35,719 nucleotides of DNA from Tubiluchus corallicola (GCA_030141605.1 JAQGDQ010001534.1:1-35719), one strand, 5' to 3'; positions 13,173-24,502 are shown, counted from the first letter of the stretch. The notes: a model not told the origin generated them from the sequence alone. A program made the numbers and translations.

Positions 13173-13639
13173 AAGTTATTTTCAGTGATGACCTACAACC
13201 GGGTGATCATATTTACGTTTGGAGAATTGTGTATTCTCACCACGGTATTTATGTTGGCAATGGTAACGTTATTCACTTCACTGGAGATGATAAACACACC
13301 AAAAACAAAGCTCGCGTTGTTTGCACTTCACTGGCTGAGTTTCTTGATGGTGGAACCCTGAAGAGGTTCAAATATGGTTGTAGTGCATTCGAGACCAACA
13401 CGAAACTTCTGAGCACATGCACCCATTTCAAAAGAGATTCATCATCAGACATTGTTGAAAGGGCTCGTGATTTTTATGAGAAAGGAAACTACACGAGCAA
13501 GTATGGCACCTATGATTTGGCTGGTAATAACTGTCAACTTTTTGCACTGAGATGCTGCCTAGGTGACGAGAAAGCCCTACGTGTACCGCGGCAAGGTGTA
13601 ACAGCTGCATATGTCACGGGGTTAGGTAGTACTGAGTAG
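12402..13639 (+). CDS. LRAT / H-box-NC domain protein (permuted NlpC/P60 thiol hydrolase/acyltransferase), plant PSE1-like subtype, 159 aa; join(12402..12427,13186..13639)
   Basis: ATG GGC CTG TCT CAC TCC GTA GAC AG|gtacgt ... ttttcag|T GAT GAC gives MGLSHSVDSDDLQPGDHIYVWRIVYSHHGIYVGNGNVIHFTG...FLDGGTLKRFKYG...STCT..DSSSDIVERAR...YDLAGNNCQLFALRCCLG. 480 nt, phases compatible; H-box, second His and NC motif intact. Confidence 0.92.
12555..13172. repeat. Intronic compound trinucleotide repeat (CTA/CCA)n
   Basis: Directly visible; fills most of the 758-nt intron 12428-13185. Confidence 0.98.
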
Positions 13640-13718
13640 TGGTGTCATCAAGAGAATAACAAACTTATCTTTTGCTTGCCAACATTGTATTTTAGTTGAG
13701 CAGACGCAGCTATGTAGC

Positions 13719-13985
13719 GTAAACATAATAAGCAGCATCATAGGTAAACATAATAAGCAGCATCATAGGTAAACATAATAAGCAGCATCATAGGTAAACA
13801 TAATAAGCAGCATCATACGTAAACATAATAAGCAGCATCATAGGTAAACATAATAAGCAGCATCATAGGTAAACATAATAAGCAGCATCATAGGTAAACA
13901 TAACAAGCAGCATCATAGGTAAACATAACAAGCAGCATCATAGGTAAACATAAAAAGCAGCATCATAGGTAAACATAATAAGCAG
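13719..13985. repeat. 25-bp minisatellite (~11 units)
   Basis: Unit TAGGTAAACATAATAAGCAGCATCA; 9 full plus 2 partial copies. Confidence 0.97.
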
Positions 13986-14549
13986 TACAAACTAAAGTGA
14001 CAAAAATTTGCTTGACACCGTAATTAGCACAATGTAGACTAATACTTTTAAACACAAAGAAAGATGCGAGGTAAAAGGACAGATTTTCTTAAAGCGTGCA
14101 TCTTTTATTATACTGAATGGAAAAGCTCAGCAGTAGTGCGCCTATTTCCCATCCTGAAAGCGTGGACTCAATTCCTAGGGGAGTTATTCTGAAGACTTAA
14201 AAATTACACCACTGATTGTTCAATCAAATATGTAAAGTAACATGTTGGGAACAAGATGCCATCCTCGAAAGAATTAAATTACTTTGATCGTTAAAGCATC
14301 AGTTTTTCGTGCTGACAAAAATGGGGTACAACCAAGTGCTTGACTGATTAACATTCATTAATTAAAAAATCAAATATTTAATTCCAATCTCTGCAAATAT
14401 TTTGCATGATGCTGCAGTAATGTTCTGTAGTGATCATAATTTCTGTAATAGTGACCCGTGGGCAGGTAATTTTACATAGTATTCACATTTCAGCGAGCAT
14501 TAGAGTACATTGGCTTCTCTATTATTATCAGCAATTGATTATTTTTCGA

Positions 14550-15316
14550 GTTCTAAAAATTGTTTTGCACAGCACATCAAATTTGCGTGATCTGGGTGAA
14601 GCTAGTGTTTTGAAAATTGTTTTGTACAGCACATCAAATTTGCGTGATCTGGGTAAAGCTACTGTACTGTTCTGAAAATTGTTTTGAATGCACATCAAAT
14701 TTGCGTGATCTGGGTAAAGCTAGTGTTCTGAAAATTGTTTTGTATAGCACATCAAATTTGCATGATGTGGGTAAAGCTAGTGTTCTGAAAATTCTTTTGT
14801 ACAGCACATCAAATTTGCATGATGTGGGCAAAGCTAGTGTTCTGAAAGTTGTTTTGTACAGCACATCAAATTTGCATGATGTGGGTAAAGCTAGTGTTCT
14901 GAAAGTTGTTTTGTACAGCACATCAAATTTGCATGATGTGGGTAAAGCTAGTGTTCTGAAAATTGTTTTGTATAGCACATCAAATTTGCATGATGTGGGT
15001 AAAGCTAGTGTTCTGAAAATTGTTTTGTACAGCACATCAAATTTGTATGATGTGGGTAAAGCTAGTGTTCTGAAAATTGTTTTGTACAGCACATCAAATT
15101 TGCATGATGTGGGTAAAGCTAGTGTTCTGAAAATTGTTTTGTACAGCACATCAAATTTGCATGATGTGGGTAAAGCTAGTGTTCTGAAAATTGTTTTGTA
15201 CAGCACATCAAATTTGCGTGATGTGGGTAAAGCTAGTGCTCTGAAAATTGTTTTGTACAGCACATCAAATTTGCATGATCTGGGTAAAGCTAGTGTTCTG
15301 AAAATTGTTTTGTACA
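14550..15316. repeat. 57-bp minisatellite, array 3 (~13 units)
   Basis: Same unit; source of the 19-aa-repeat ORFs on both strands. Confidence 0.98.
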
Positions 15317-15854
15317 AAATACATATGCCACTTCGCTATGGCAAATGCGTAGTAATTTTATAGTAACAAGCAACTTCACTGTACAATAGTTTAATGATTA
15401 TAATTAACAATAAAAATACATTGACTTATTACAATGTCTTATTACAGCAACTGAACCTTTATGATGTATGTATGTCCTGTATTCTACATTATATTAGGCA
15501 AATTCTAAAAATACTAAATTAATTATTAAACTGCTAACTGACTGTTTACAAACTAGATCTCTGCAATACATAAATATGGTTTTCATTACATTTTTTGACA
15601 TTGTCATACATCATAAATTACAAATGTATTTAAAAATTACATGGGTATTTAAAAATGATTAATTCTACTCATTGTGCCTTAACTAAACAGTGTTCAACAC
15701 TCTCTTGATAGTGTTAACAGGAAACCTCCTAAACTGCACAATTTAGAGAACTGAGTTCACCAGATCCAAGCATAAATGTGCCTAGAACCTGCCCATTTGA
15801 AAGTGAAGAAGACCTCCCAGTGTCATGTAGATTAGCACAACAAAATTTAAAACA

Positions 15855-16225
15855 GTTTGTGCGCAATTGACGTCTAACATAATGTCAATCATTTTCGTTG
15901 ACTGCCCAATCAGCGTGCAAGTTATTTCACACACTCTTACAGCAGGTTCGTTCGCGACATTTAGCTACAGCTCCGTCTAACACTGTTATGAGAAATGCTC
16001 AACTTTCTGCTGCTGCTGCTGCTCTGCAAATTTGTGTTTATGAAAAAGTGCAATTAGTTTATCTGCTGATTAGACATTAGTCGTGAGTGTCATGTTGTTT
16101 AGCTTAGTGTAGGTTAGACAGTTGTTGTCTTGCGTGAGCTGTTGTCCCAAATGCTGCTGAACGTGCTTACATTGCAGCAGGGGCGGAGTGATAGACCAAT
16201 ATGTTTGATGTCAATTAAGCAAAAC
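15855..16225. mobile_element. Old MITE-like element with imperfect ~37-bp terminal inverted repeats
   Basis: Left gtttgtgcgcaattgacgtctaacataatgtcaatca versus reverse complement of right gttttgcttaattgacatcaaacatattggtctatca. TSD not resolved. Confidence 0.55.
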
Positions 16226-16256
16226 TCTTGCTAGTAGCTATCACATGATTGATTAA

Positions 16257-16955
16257 CTCCTTCAGGACCTTAAGCATTTGCTGCATTTTGCATTGGTTCA
16301 CTAAGTAACATTTGCATTATATTTAATAGGTTTCTGCTCCTCACACAAAGTATTTTTATTCAAAATTATATATGAAATGCATTTGCTTGCCTTAGACAAA
16401 TTAAAAAACATTTTTGACGAAAAATTCGAAAAAATCTTTCAGTAACTGCAGTGTTTGCACTGTAACAATGTACAGTAACACTTGTGTGAAATCGACTAAT
16501 GCAGTAAATTTCAACTATCCAGACACATTACTCTAATACACTTCGACCTCAAGTCTACTTTATTTTTAAGGTGAACCTTGTATTTAAAGACGAAAAGATC
16601 TTCATTTGTCCTTAGCTGATCCACTGGTTTTTCCTGGAATAGTAGTAGGACACTGCACAGCATGGGCTGTAACAAGCAGGCAATCAAGAAAATAGTGTAT
16701 ACTATCATGCAAGTTTACACCAGACTAAGTTACTCAATAGGCTAAGCTGGAGTGCCTGAAAAGGGCGCTTTTCTTAATTTTATTCAATTAAGTCACTTAT
16801 AAATGTTTAAACAAATAGCATGGTTGGATAGCCGAAATTCTCTTGAATAGAACAGTACCAAATTTATAATCATTTAATTTTGTCTGTGCTTATACAGCAG
16901 CAGAATAGTCATAGGTTTTATAAGACCTATTTTGAATGATGCTGTCCTGAAGGAG
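16257..16955. mobile_element. piggyBac-type non-autonomous element (MITE)
   Basis: TTAA-CTCCTTCAGGAC ... GTCCTGAAGGAG-TTAA: perfect 12-bp TIR with TTAA target-site duplication. Confidence 0.85.
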
Positions 16956-17487
16956 TTAATGAATTTATGAACTGCTCTCAGTGCAGAAATTACTAAAAAC
17001 ACTAATGAAAACATTAAGGCAAACTACAAAATTCACAAAGTTATCACAAAGAGGTCTAGCTAATAATTAAAATAGTGAATGTAAGGTGATAACCTAGAAC
17101 AATATGTTACATTTCAGATTTGTAAATATCTGTTAGATTATTTTGATACATGTAGAAATGTCAAAATGAATAAAAAAGAATTGTTCTGAAGTACTCCATT
17201 TCTAAAGAGTTAGACATGATGTGGTAGAGAAGCACTTTTTAAGTGATTATAAATTACTATCAAACTGCAAAATTGGAAATATGTCTGCCCCAAAACATCT
17301 TGTTAAACCACGATGCTTTTATTTGGCAATGTGCATGTATCTTTGCAGTTGTAGTTACCATGGTTACCTGACTATACGATGAAACTTCTATCAGATAACA
17401 AATGTTCGCTGACAATGATTAACATTAATCAACTTGTAATCAAATAGCTGTTCTTGTTGAATGAATGGGCATTGTCCATACCACCGG

Positions 17488-20400
17488 TCAGTCTCTCAGA
17501 GCTGCTAGCCTGCAAAACAACAAATCATTACTTTGTAAGCTAATAACAGCAATGCCATATTGCAAATATATAAAAAAAGAAAGGACCACATCACATATTG
17601 TAGCGTTATTTGTCTAGAACAATGAATTATAGTCGGTAAATGCCTTTGCAACACGAAATCCAATAAAAATATTAATTTCAGTCCATCAATAATTGGGATT
17701 GTCACTGGCAGCCAACAGTGATTATAACATCGTTATCATGGTATCAAAGGGAGCTTTTTTAATTAAGTTATGAAAGTAGCTAAAACACAAAAAGCTTAAG
17801 ACCACTAACTTGCATGTGAAATTCAGCATGACTTTAATACAGCATGCCATAAAAATGGTACATAGACAATTCTAACAAAGGAAAGGCTTTCACTATTTCA
17901 GATGTAATAATATTAATTTTTGTTTTACTCGCTGGATATCTATAACAATTTTATGTACTAATATTATGATAAAGCAAGGCATATCTCTATTTGTTTTTCA
18001 CAATATTTAGTAAATAAGTAAGTAAAATTTTATTTTCGAACTAAAAGTTCATAGAACACGCGTAATACACATACACATAAAATTTCCATAAAAAATAATT
18101 TAAGTACAACTTATACACATAATAAAATATAACGATTAATGAAAATTTTAAAAAATTAAACAAAATGGTTATTGGCAAATATTCATGAATTATAATAGTT
18201 TGTATTGCACAGAACTTGCCTCCATCTAGGTGCAAATACGACAGAATAAAAACATGCCGGACAAGCAGATAGACAGACAAGCCAACTTCCGTAAACCAAT
18301 CTTAAGACAAGTTTCATTAAGAGTTTGTTTACATAAAAAATAAAAGCGGCCAAATTGCCCAACCTCTTTGCAAGTTGATCCTCCTGGACCGTCGAACGTT
18401 CCCCCACACTAGCTGCAGGAACGGAGGTACCGGGTTCAGCAAGCTGACTCGTTATCTCCAAGCCGTGTTCGTCAGCTACCTGTTTAATTAGTGAATCTAC
18501 CTGCTCGGCCGGAGTCGTTAAAGTCGTCGCAGTGCTCATGGAGTCTTCCATTGTCTGTAGAAACCAAAAAAGTTCAAACGTCGACAGCAACAACAAATGA
18601 ATAACAATTTGTCACTTGTATTATTATTGCTCTTCAGTGCTCACTCCAGATCGAGTCTTACTGTTATCAACACTGCCTTCTACCAAACTTAATAATAAAC
18701 TAACACAAGCTAGTCACCCTAAAATTGTATGTTAGGTAATTTTTTAAAACTGTTGCAATGTTCTAGACATTATTCGCAAGTGTAGCTTGCTTTTTGTACA
18801 AACAGTCTAATATTTAGTCATATAAAATACTGTGCCTACAGCGGGCAGTACATTGAAAGAATTTAAAATTACATCAAGTGTGCACAAAGACGTACATAGA
18901 AAATCTTCATTGTACATTAGAAAAATGATTAAGTTAAACACACTGTATTAGATAGGGGGTGCAATAAGGTAACCCCCTGTGGAACCTCCGTTTTCTTTAG
19001 CATTACGAGAAGCTCTTACACAAGCTAAATGACCCAGAAGGGTCAACCGATGATGTTTAACTGATGATAAAGATACACTACAATGGAATCTAGCAAATAC
19101 GTCTGTAGACTATGCAACAGTGGATTGTGGACAGTAACGGAAGACAAGAGTGTTAGGCATGAACCGGTTGATCAAGGTAAAACTCAGCAGGTAGAATGTG
19201 CCATGTTTTAGAATATTCAAGCACCTTATTGAGTAAGATCATTATTGAGTAAGACATTACTGAGACACTTGCGACAACATATTCTGTTATACTAGAATTT
19301 GCAAAGACATGAATACCTTAATGCACCAAACTTGTTTATCTCCAACATTTTCTGGAGTCTATAATGAGTCACACTTACCGCTGTTCTCACATCCAAGTCT
19401 TCAAACTCTTTTTCAAACTTCTCCATGATGCCAGACACTTTTTCTAAATCCATGGATTTCATGGCTTTTTCCAGTGCTTTCGTAACACCATCCATATTCT
19501 TTGCTACCTGCAAACAGGCGAATAACATTTAAAAACTGAATGTTTGAAATGGAATTTGTGAAACACCTTCTTGCATAAGTCATTAAACTTAAAGCAAAAG
19601 AAAACCCTTTACATACAGCTAAAAAATTCGTTTTGAAGCTTTGTGTCATCTACATACTGCCTTATTACATACAGAAGTTGTATTAGCAGCAATGCTGTAG
19701 AAACTTGAACATTTAAACTCTCATGATCACTGTCACATGCAGCTATTTTGAAATTCAATTGAGTAACTCAATTGAAACATCTTTAGATAACATTGTGTAA
19801 AGTTAGAAAAAATAATCAGAGCATTCGAAGTGCACACGTTAGCCCAGGTGTGCGCTCTGGAGAGGCCACTCCAGTGGTTCCAGGATCGGATTGTTCAGCC
19901 ACAGTCTACACTGCAGCTCCAACAATGTGATCAATAACTGACTCTCTGGGTGCACACTCCACCGACTGTGGCTGTCTTCCGAGACAGAAGGATGCCAGCC
20001 AACAAAGTGTAAAAACTAGAAAGCAATTTTATCTTTTCCCATCGTATCCTATTCCAACAGATAAAAAGAGAGAATGTCTATTCCTCACAATCAGCTTGAA
20101 TTAATAAATGACCATAACAAGAATTCTTTATTACTTTAAAAATTTGAAAGCACTTAAATACTGATACCTACGCTTAGAGAATTATTACACTAATCTAATA
20201 AAATTAGAATGTCTCCTTTACATGAAAGTATTTTTGTAAAGCCAACGAACTTCTTTGTTCTGTGTATTCTATTTATCCAGTTCAAAGTAAAATTTTATCT
20301 CAAAGACTGTTCAGTACATAAGAATACATACAGATTTCATTGTCAGTGCACTCTGTACTTTTGATGACACGGCATCAACTCTTGAAGCCATTCGTAGAAA

Positions 20401-23400
20401 ATTTAACGATTCATTCTTTTTTCTGATGGCATTTTCTGCATAGATTTTTGCACCTTCAGTGTTGCCTTGTTGCAGAGCCTGAAACGATTACCTTACTAAT
20501 AATTACTGTGCATTGATGCATCAGAGGCTGCACAGTTCCTCATTTTTGCAATGGTATTGAAATTGGAGCTTTTCATACAAAATCGACTGCAAACCCAACA
20601 CATAAATGGAAAGCAGTTTATGTGAACTCTGGATGATGTGGACAGTTAGGTATAACATTATTCTATCTCAAGAGTAAAACAAAAGCATCATGCTATGTTA
20701 TTAAAAATGACACAGAATGTTATGGCAAAAGTTATTTTATCTAGCTTATTAGTGAATAAACTTGTAGAACATTCTGATAACATTTCGACAGAAAAATGCA
20801 ACAGGTCATGAATAGTCCTAGAATTTATATTGAACTTCAGTGGACGCAGCTATGCAGTACAGACTATTCAGCATAGTAACATCGGCCACAAAAAATTTTG
20901 TTTCTGTCTTACCTCATGAACTCAAAAGATGTCTATAGGGCGGGAAGAAAAAACTTTCTAAGCTTTGCACATGTTTACAGCTGAATGTCTGAATTGTGGA
21001 ATATTCAAAACTAGTTGAAATCAAAGTTTGTTTATTTCCCACTGGTTAGCAGTAATATTGTAAATTTTTTCAATGCACATTTTTCACACTTTGTTTTTTA
21101 CTTTTGCGTAACTAAATTATAGATCGATTATCGTATAGTCTCTTTTTTGTATTAACAAAGTGTATGTTCTGATAATTATGGTATAAGCGGCAACACTACT
21201 CAGCCGTTAATACACCAATTTGGTGGAAAATTCGATACCTTTTAGCCTCTAATACAATGATCATCATACAAAACGGCAACCACAGCCAAGAGTTAGCCGT
21301 GGAAAAAATGGCCGCGTCCTGTGTCCACCGAAGGAACGATGTTATAATAATTATTGCATTTTATGTTTTAAATTAACAAAATACACTTTTATATAACTGT
21401 GACAAGTAAGTATATGAATGCACAAAAAATTATAAAATTCCCGGCCGGATGTGCAATACAAAAATGCAACCCAGACGATTAGACGGAAACAGAAGTATTT
21501 TATTGCTGGCCTAAGAAAGGAAGTTAAGTGACATGCCAACAATAAAAAATAACATTCAATATTTAGAAGCTGCTCAGTACTAGGTAAAAATGTCCGGCTG
21601 TTAAATATTGAGATTATATGACAACACAAATTACAAAATATACTGAAAGCATTTCCAAGACAAATTTTCAGACATGTAAAGCTGATTACATTTGCCTCAA
21701 ATATTTCTTTTCAAATTTCACTATCAGCTATCATAGCCAAACCTCCCAAATATTCGTAGAAATGCATGCAATGTCTACCAAAAGGACGTTTGTTAGATGG
21801 TTATATTATATAACAGCAAACCGTCTCACCATTAACATTTCGGAGCAACAGTGTATTAGTCTAGCAGCACTTTAAAGGTTCTTGTTAGCACAGTATATGT
21901 TTTTAAGAATAAACATGGTTTGTTCACCAGCCAATACTGGCTAGAATCTCTCCATCGAGCATCATTCAGAATACAAATTTATGCACACAACAACCAATGC
22001 ATGGTAGAACATCGAAAATCTCCGAAAATTTATTACAAATGTTAGACTGATTTCTCAGCAGTTAGCTGAATACAAGTTAAAAAGTTGGCATCAGCCTTCT
22101 AAACCATAAGAAGCAAAATAGACAAACTAACCTTCTTTATTTTAGCTGTTTGCGCTTTCTGGTCTTTTTCCGCTTTCCGTGATAACCTCTCCAACTGCTT
22201 GGTGGTAAACTATAATAAAAAAATATAGAAACTTATAAAGTTTATAGAAACTATTAAATATTATTCACAATCTCAGATAATTTGTTAAAACATTAAAACT
22301 GTTTCTAGATCAGTTTCCCCGAGGCAAAGGAAACGTCTGAGAATGAAATCATAGTACAAGCTCGGCTCTAAGTCAAACTCTATCATGCCTAACTGTGTGC
22401 TTGCATACCAAAACCGTCCATAAGACGGCATAGTTAAAACTGCGTTATGATGCTTCAAAGTAGAATGACCAAAAAATGTCAATTTTTCGGATTTTATAAA
22501 AACCAACGCTAAATATAAGGGACTTTTCTATCGTAGCAAAAGTTATCAAGAAAGTGTTCAAAAGGCACCTAAAATTTAATTTTACAACTCCTTACCCACT
22601 TTTCTGTCTAGAGACTAGGACTGCAATTATTGTAAAAAACTCTTATTTTCAAACTCCAATTGTAGCTCGTAGAAGCAATCATTTTGCTTTGAATTTTCCC
22701 TGTTGCCAAGCCCAGATCTTCGTCAGAAAGAGCCATCTAGTGGGTTTAAGCATAACTTTAATATGCTCTTGTAAATCCATACCAACCAGCATTTGTACTG
22801 TTGCTAAGTGTTCTGTAGAAATGCGACAAAAAACAATGGCTAACTTTAACAGCAATTTCTTCAAGATTATGTTTTTCAGTATCCTGCACCTTCAACATGG
22901 ATTATCTCAGCTTAGAAATAACATAGAGCGGTGAACTTGGTATCAAAATGATCATCATGAAATGGAGACTCAGTACATTTGAATAACTAGAAAAGCTTAA
23001 TTGCCGACTTATGAACGATTTTGATATGCAAGCTCGATTTAGATGACTCTGCTCGTTCAACGTTTTAGCCCAGAGCACTACAGTAGGCGCCGCTTAATAG
23101 ACTCACACTGGGACCGACGTTTTTTGACCCAATTAACTGACTGAACCTATTAACCGATGGGTGTTGTATTACAGGTATAGAAGTATGAGTCATCAGCTTA
23201 CTATGCGCTGCAAAGGTTTTTAATGAATTTTAGAAACGAACTAATCACTAAATTCCTATGTGCAGGAAAAATTAGAAAATATATTTTAAAATATTTATTT
23301 ATATAAGTGAATTAGCAATAAATTAAAAGTATATTTTTCTAGATCACAGACATTTCTAAATCTATTTATTTGCAAAAATTACAAAAATTCCTTCAAAGTC

Positions 23401-24502
23401 GGCTGCTTCATTTTCTTGTGAAGAAGTTGGCCCACAAAGTTTTCGTAATTATAAAAACGTTGAAAATCTGTTGTTGTGTGTGACTAAAACAGTTTTGAAT
23501 CGTCCGCTCACTTACATTACCCTTATTTGCTATATGATGTTTAGCCTTGAAAGTCACAAGGTATACAGGCTGATTACTGTGCCTGCATCTTTGACTGTTA
23601 ACTGATTAAGCCTGAAAGCGTGATTTGCAACGAGAGCATCAAAAGTAAAGCGCTTGGCAAGTGACTAAATGTTTAGCTTCCAGAAATTCTTTGGGCAACA
23701 GTGGGCGAGCAAGTAACAGATTCAAAGCAGAACTACTACACTAGCATGTTAGCGCTTGATAAATGTAGCTACTTACGAAAAAAACGGTACTTAACATGAC
23801 TGTTTCTGCATACATATTGCACAAAAGGGAAATAAAGATGACATAAAAGTAGGAAAAGTTCTTTGGGCACATCCAAATATCTTATTTTAAGTCGATGAAG
23901 GAAAAGTATTGAGTCAATTATGCCGAGTTATTTGAGTCAATTACCGATAGCTTTTATGCGTATTTGAATAGAAAAATAGAAACGGCCCTTCCAGGCGTTA
24001 TTCAGTCAATTAAACGATTGAGTCTATTAACCGTGAGTCTATTAAGCGGCGCCTACTGTACCACTCTACAACAAAATACCATCACATGGACCAAATGCAT
24101 TGAAAAATCCAGACATGTAAAACAGCAGAGCTCTTTTGAAGTCATCAAGATATGAGCTACACAAGTTTCCACGAGAAGCCCTTTTAAAGGAACCCATTTT
24201 ACCATATGCGTGTGGTAAACATTTTTTATATTCTCAACTCACCCGCAGTTGGAAGATTGCATCTGCAAAAAAGGAAAAATGATTAATTCCGCTTGAACGA
24301 ACTATTCACTAAGTAAACCACTAATCTGTCGACAAAATTATTAAAAGCATAATTTGATTTTAAGCCTTCTTATAACTATTCATATGGTTAACATTGCTAA
24401 GCAGCATAATGAAACAGATTTTTAAAACTATACTTTGTAATAAAAAAATGAAGCACATATGAAAAAGACTTGATGAGAATACCTACCTTCCATATTAGGC
24501 AT
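17488..24502 (-). CDS. CHMP1A: Charged multivesicular body protein 1a (ESCRT-III, Snf7 family), 200 aa; complement(join(17488..17509,18364..18554,19379..19507,20332..20478,22132..22209,24243..24262,24487..24502))
   Basis: [145 protein letters not shown]...[13 protein letters not shown]. All introns are GT-AG, total 603 nt, with a C-terminal MIM1-type motif. Confidence 0.97.
19829..20004 (+). mobile_element. RTE-clade retrotransposon 3' end / short non-autonomous derivative
   Basis: Encodes [12 protein letters not shown]...* (19879-19941), the typical RTE C-terminal SRIGL.SH motif, followed by an RTE-like 3' UTR ending gtcttccgagacagaaggatgccagccaac. Confidence 0.75.
23081..24058 (-). mobile_element. 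Tc1/mariner pogo/Tigger-type internally deleted DNA transposon
   Basis: Perfect 26-bp TIR CAGTAGGCGCCGCTTAATAGACTCAC with TA on both sides; minus-strand remnant [12 protein letters not shown] at ~23420-23379. Confidence 0.93.

Larger units (their letters stand above)
9679..15802. repeat. Tandem segmental duplication, unit B
   Basis: See unit A. The junction cccattcgAAAActtagttaac joins the end of one unit to the start of the next. Confidence 0.95.

Noticed and set aside
14617-15363. 19-aa repeat ORFs on both strands
   Set aside because: A by-product of a 57-bp unit. 56-bp variants in array 2 break the frame, and there is no domain or splice support.
19040-19110. Possible hammerhead ribozyme or C/D snoRNA around CTGATGA
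   Set aside because: No GAAA core or closing stems, and the wrong strand for an intronic snoRNA of CHMP1A.
22285-23060. ORFs of 61-126 aa in a CHMP1A intron; possible old DNA-transposon remnant
   Set aside because: No recognisable domain, and I could not define TIRs or a TSD.
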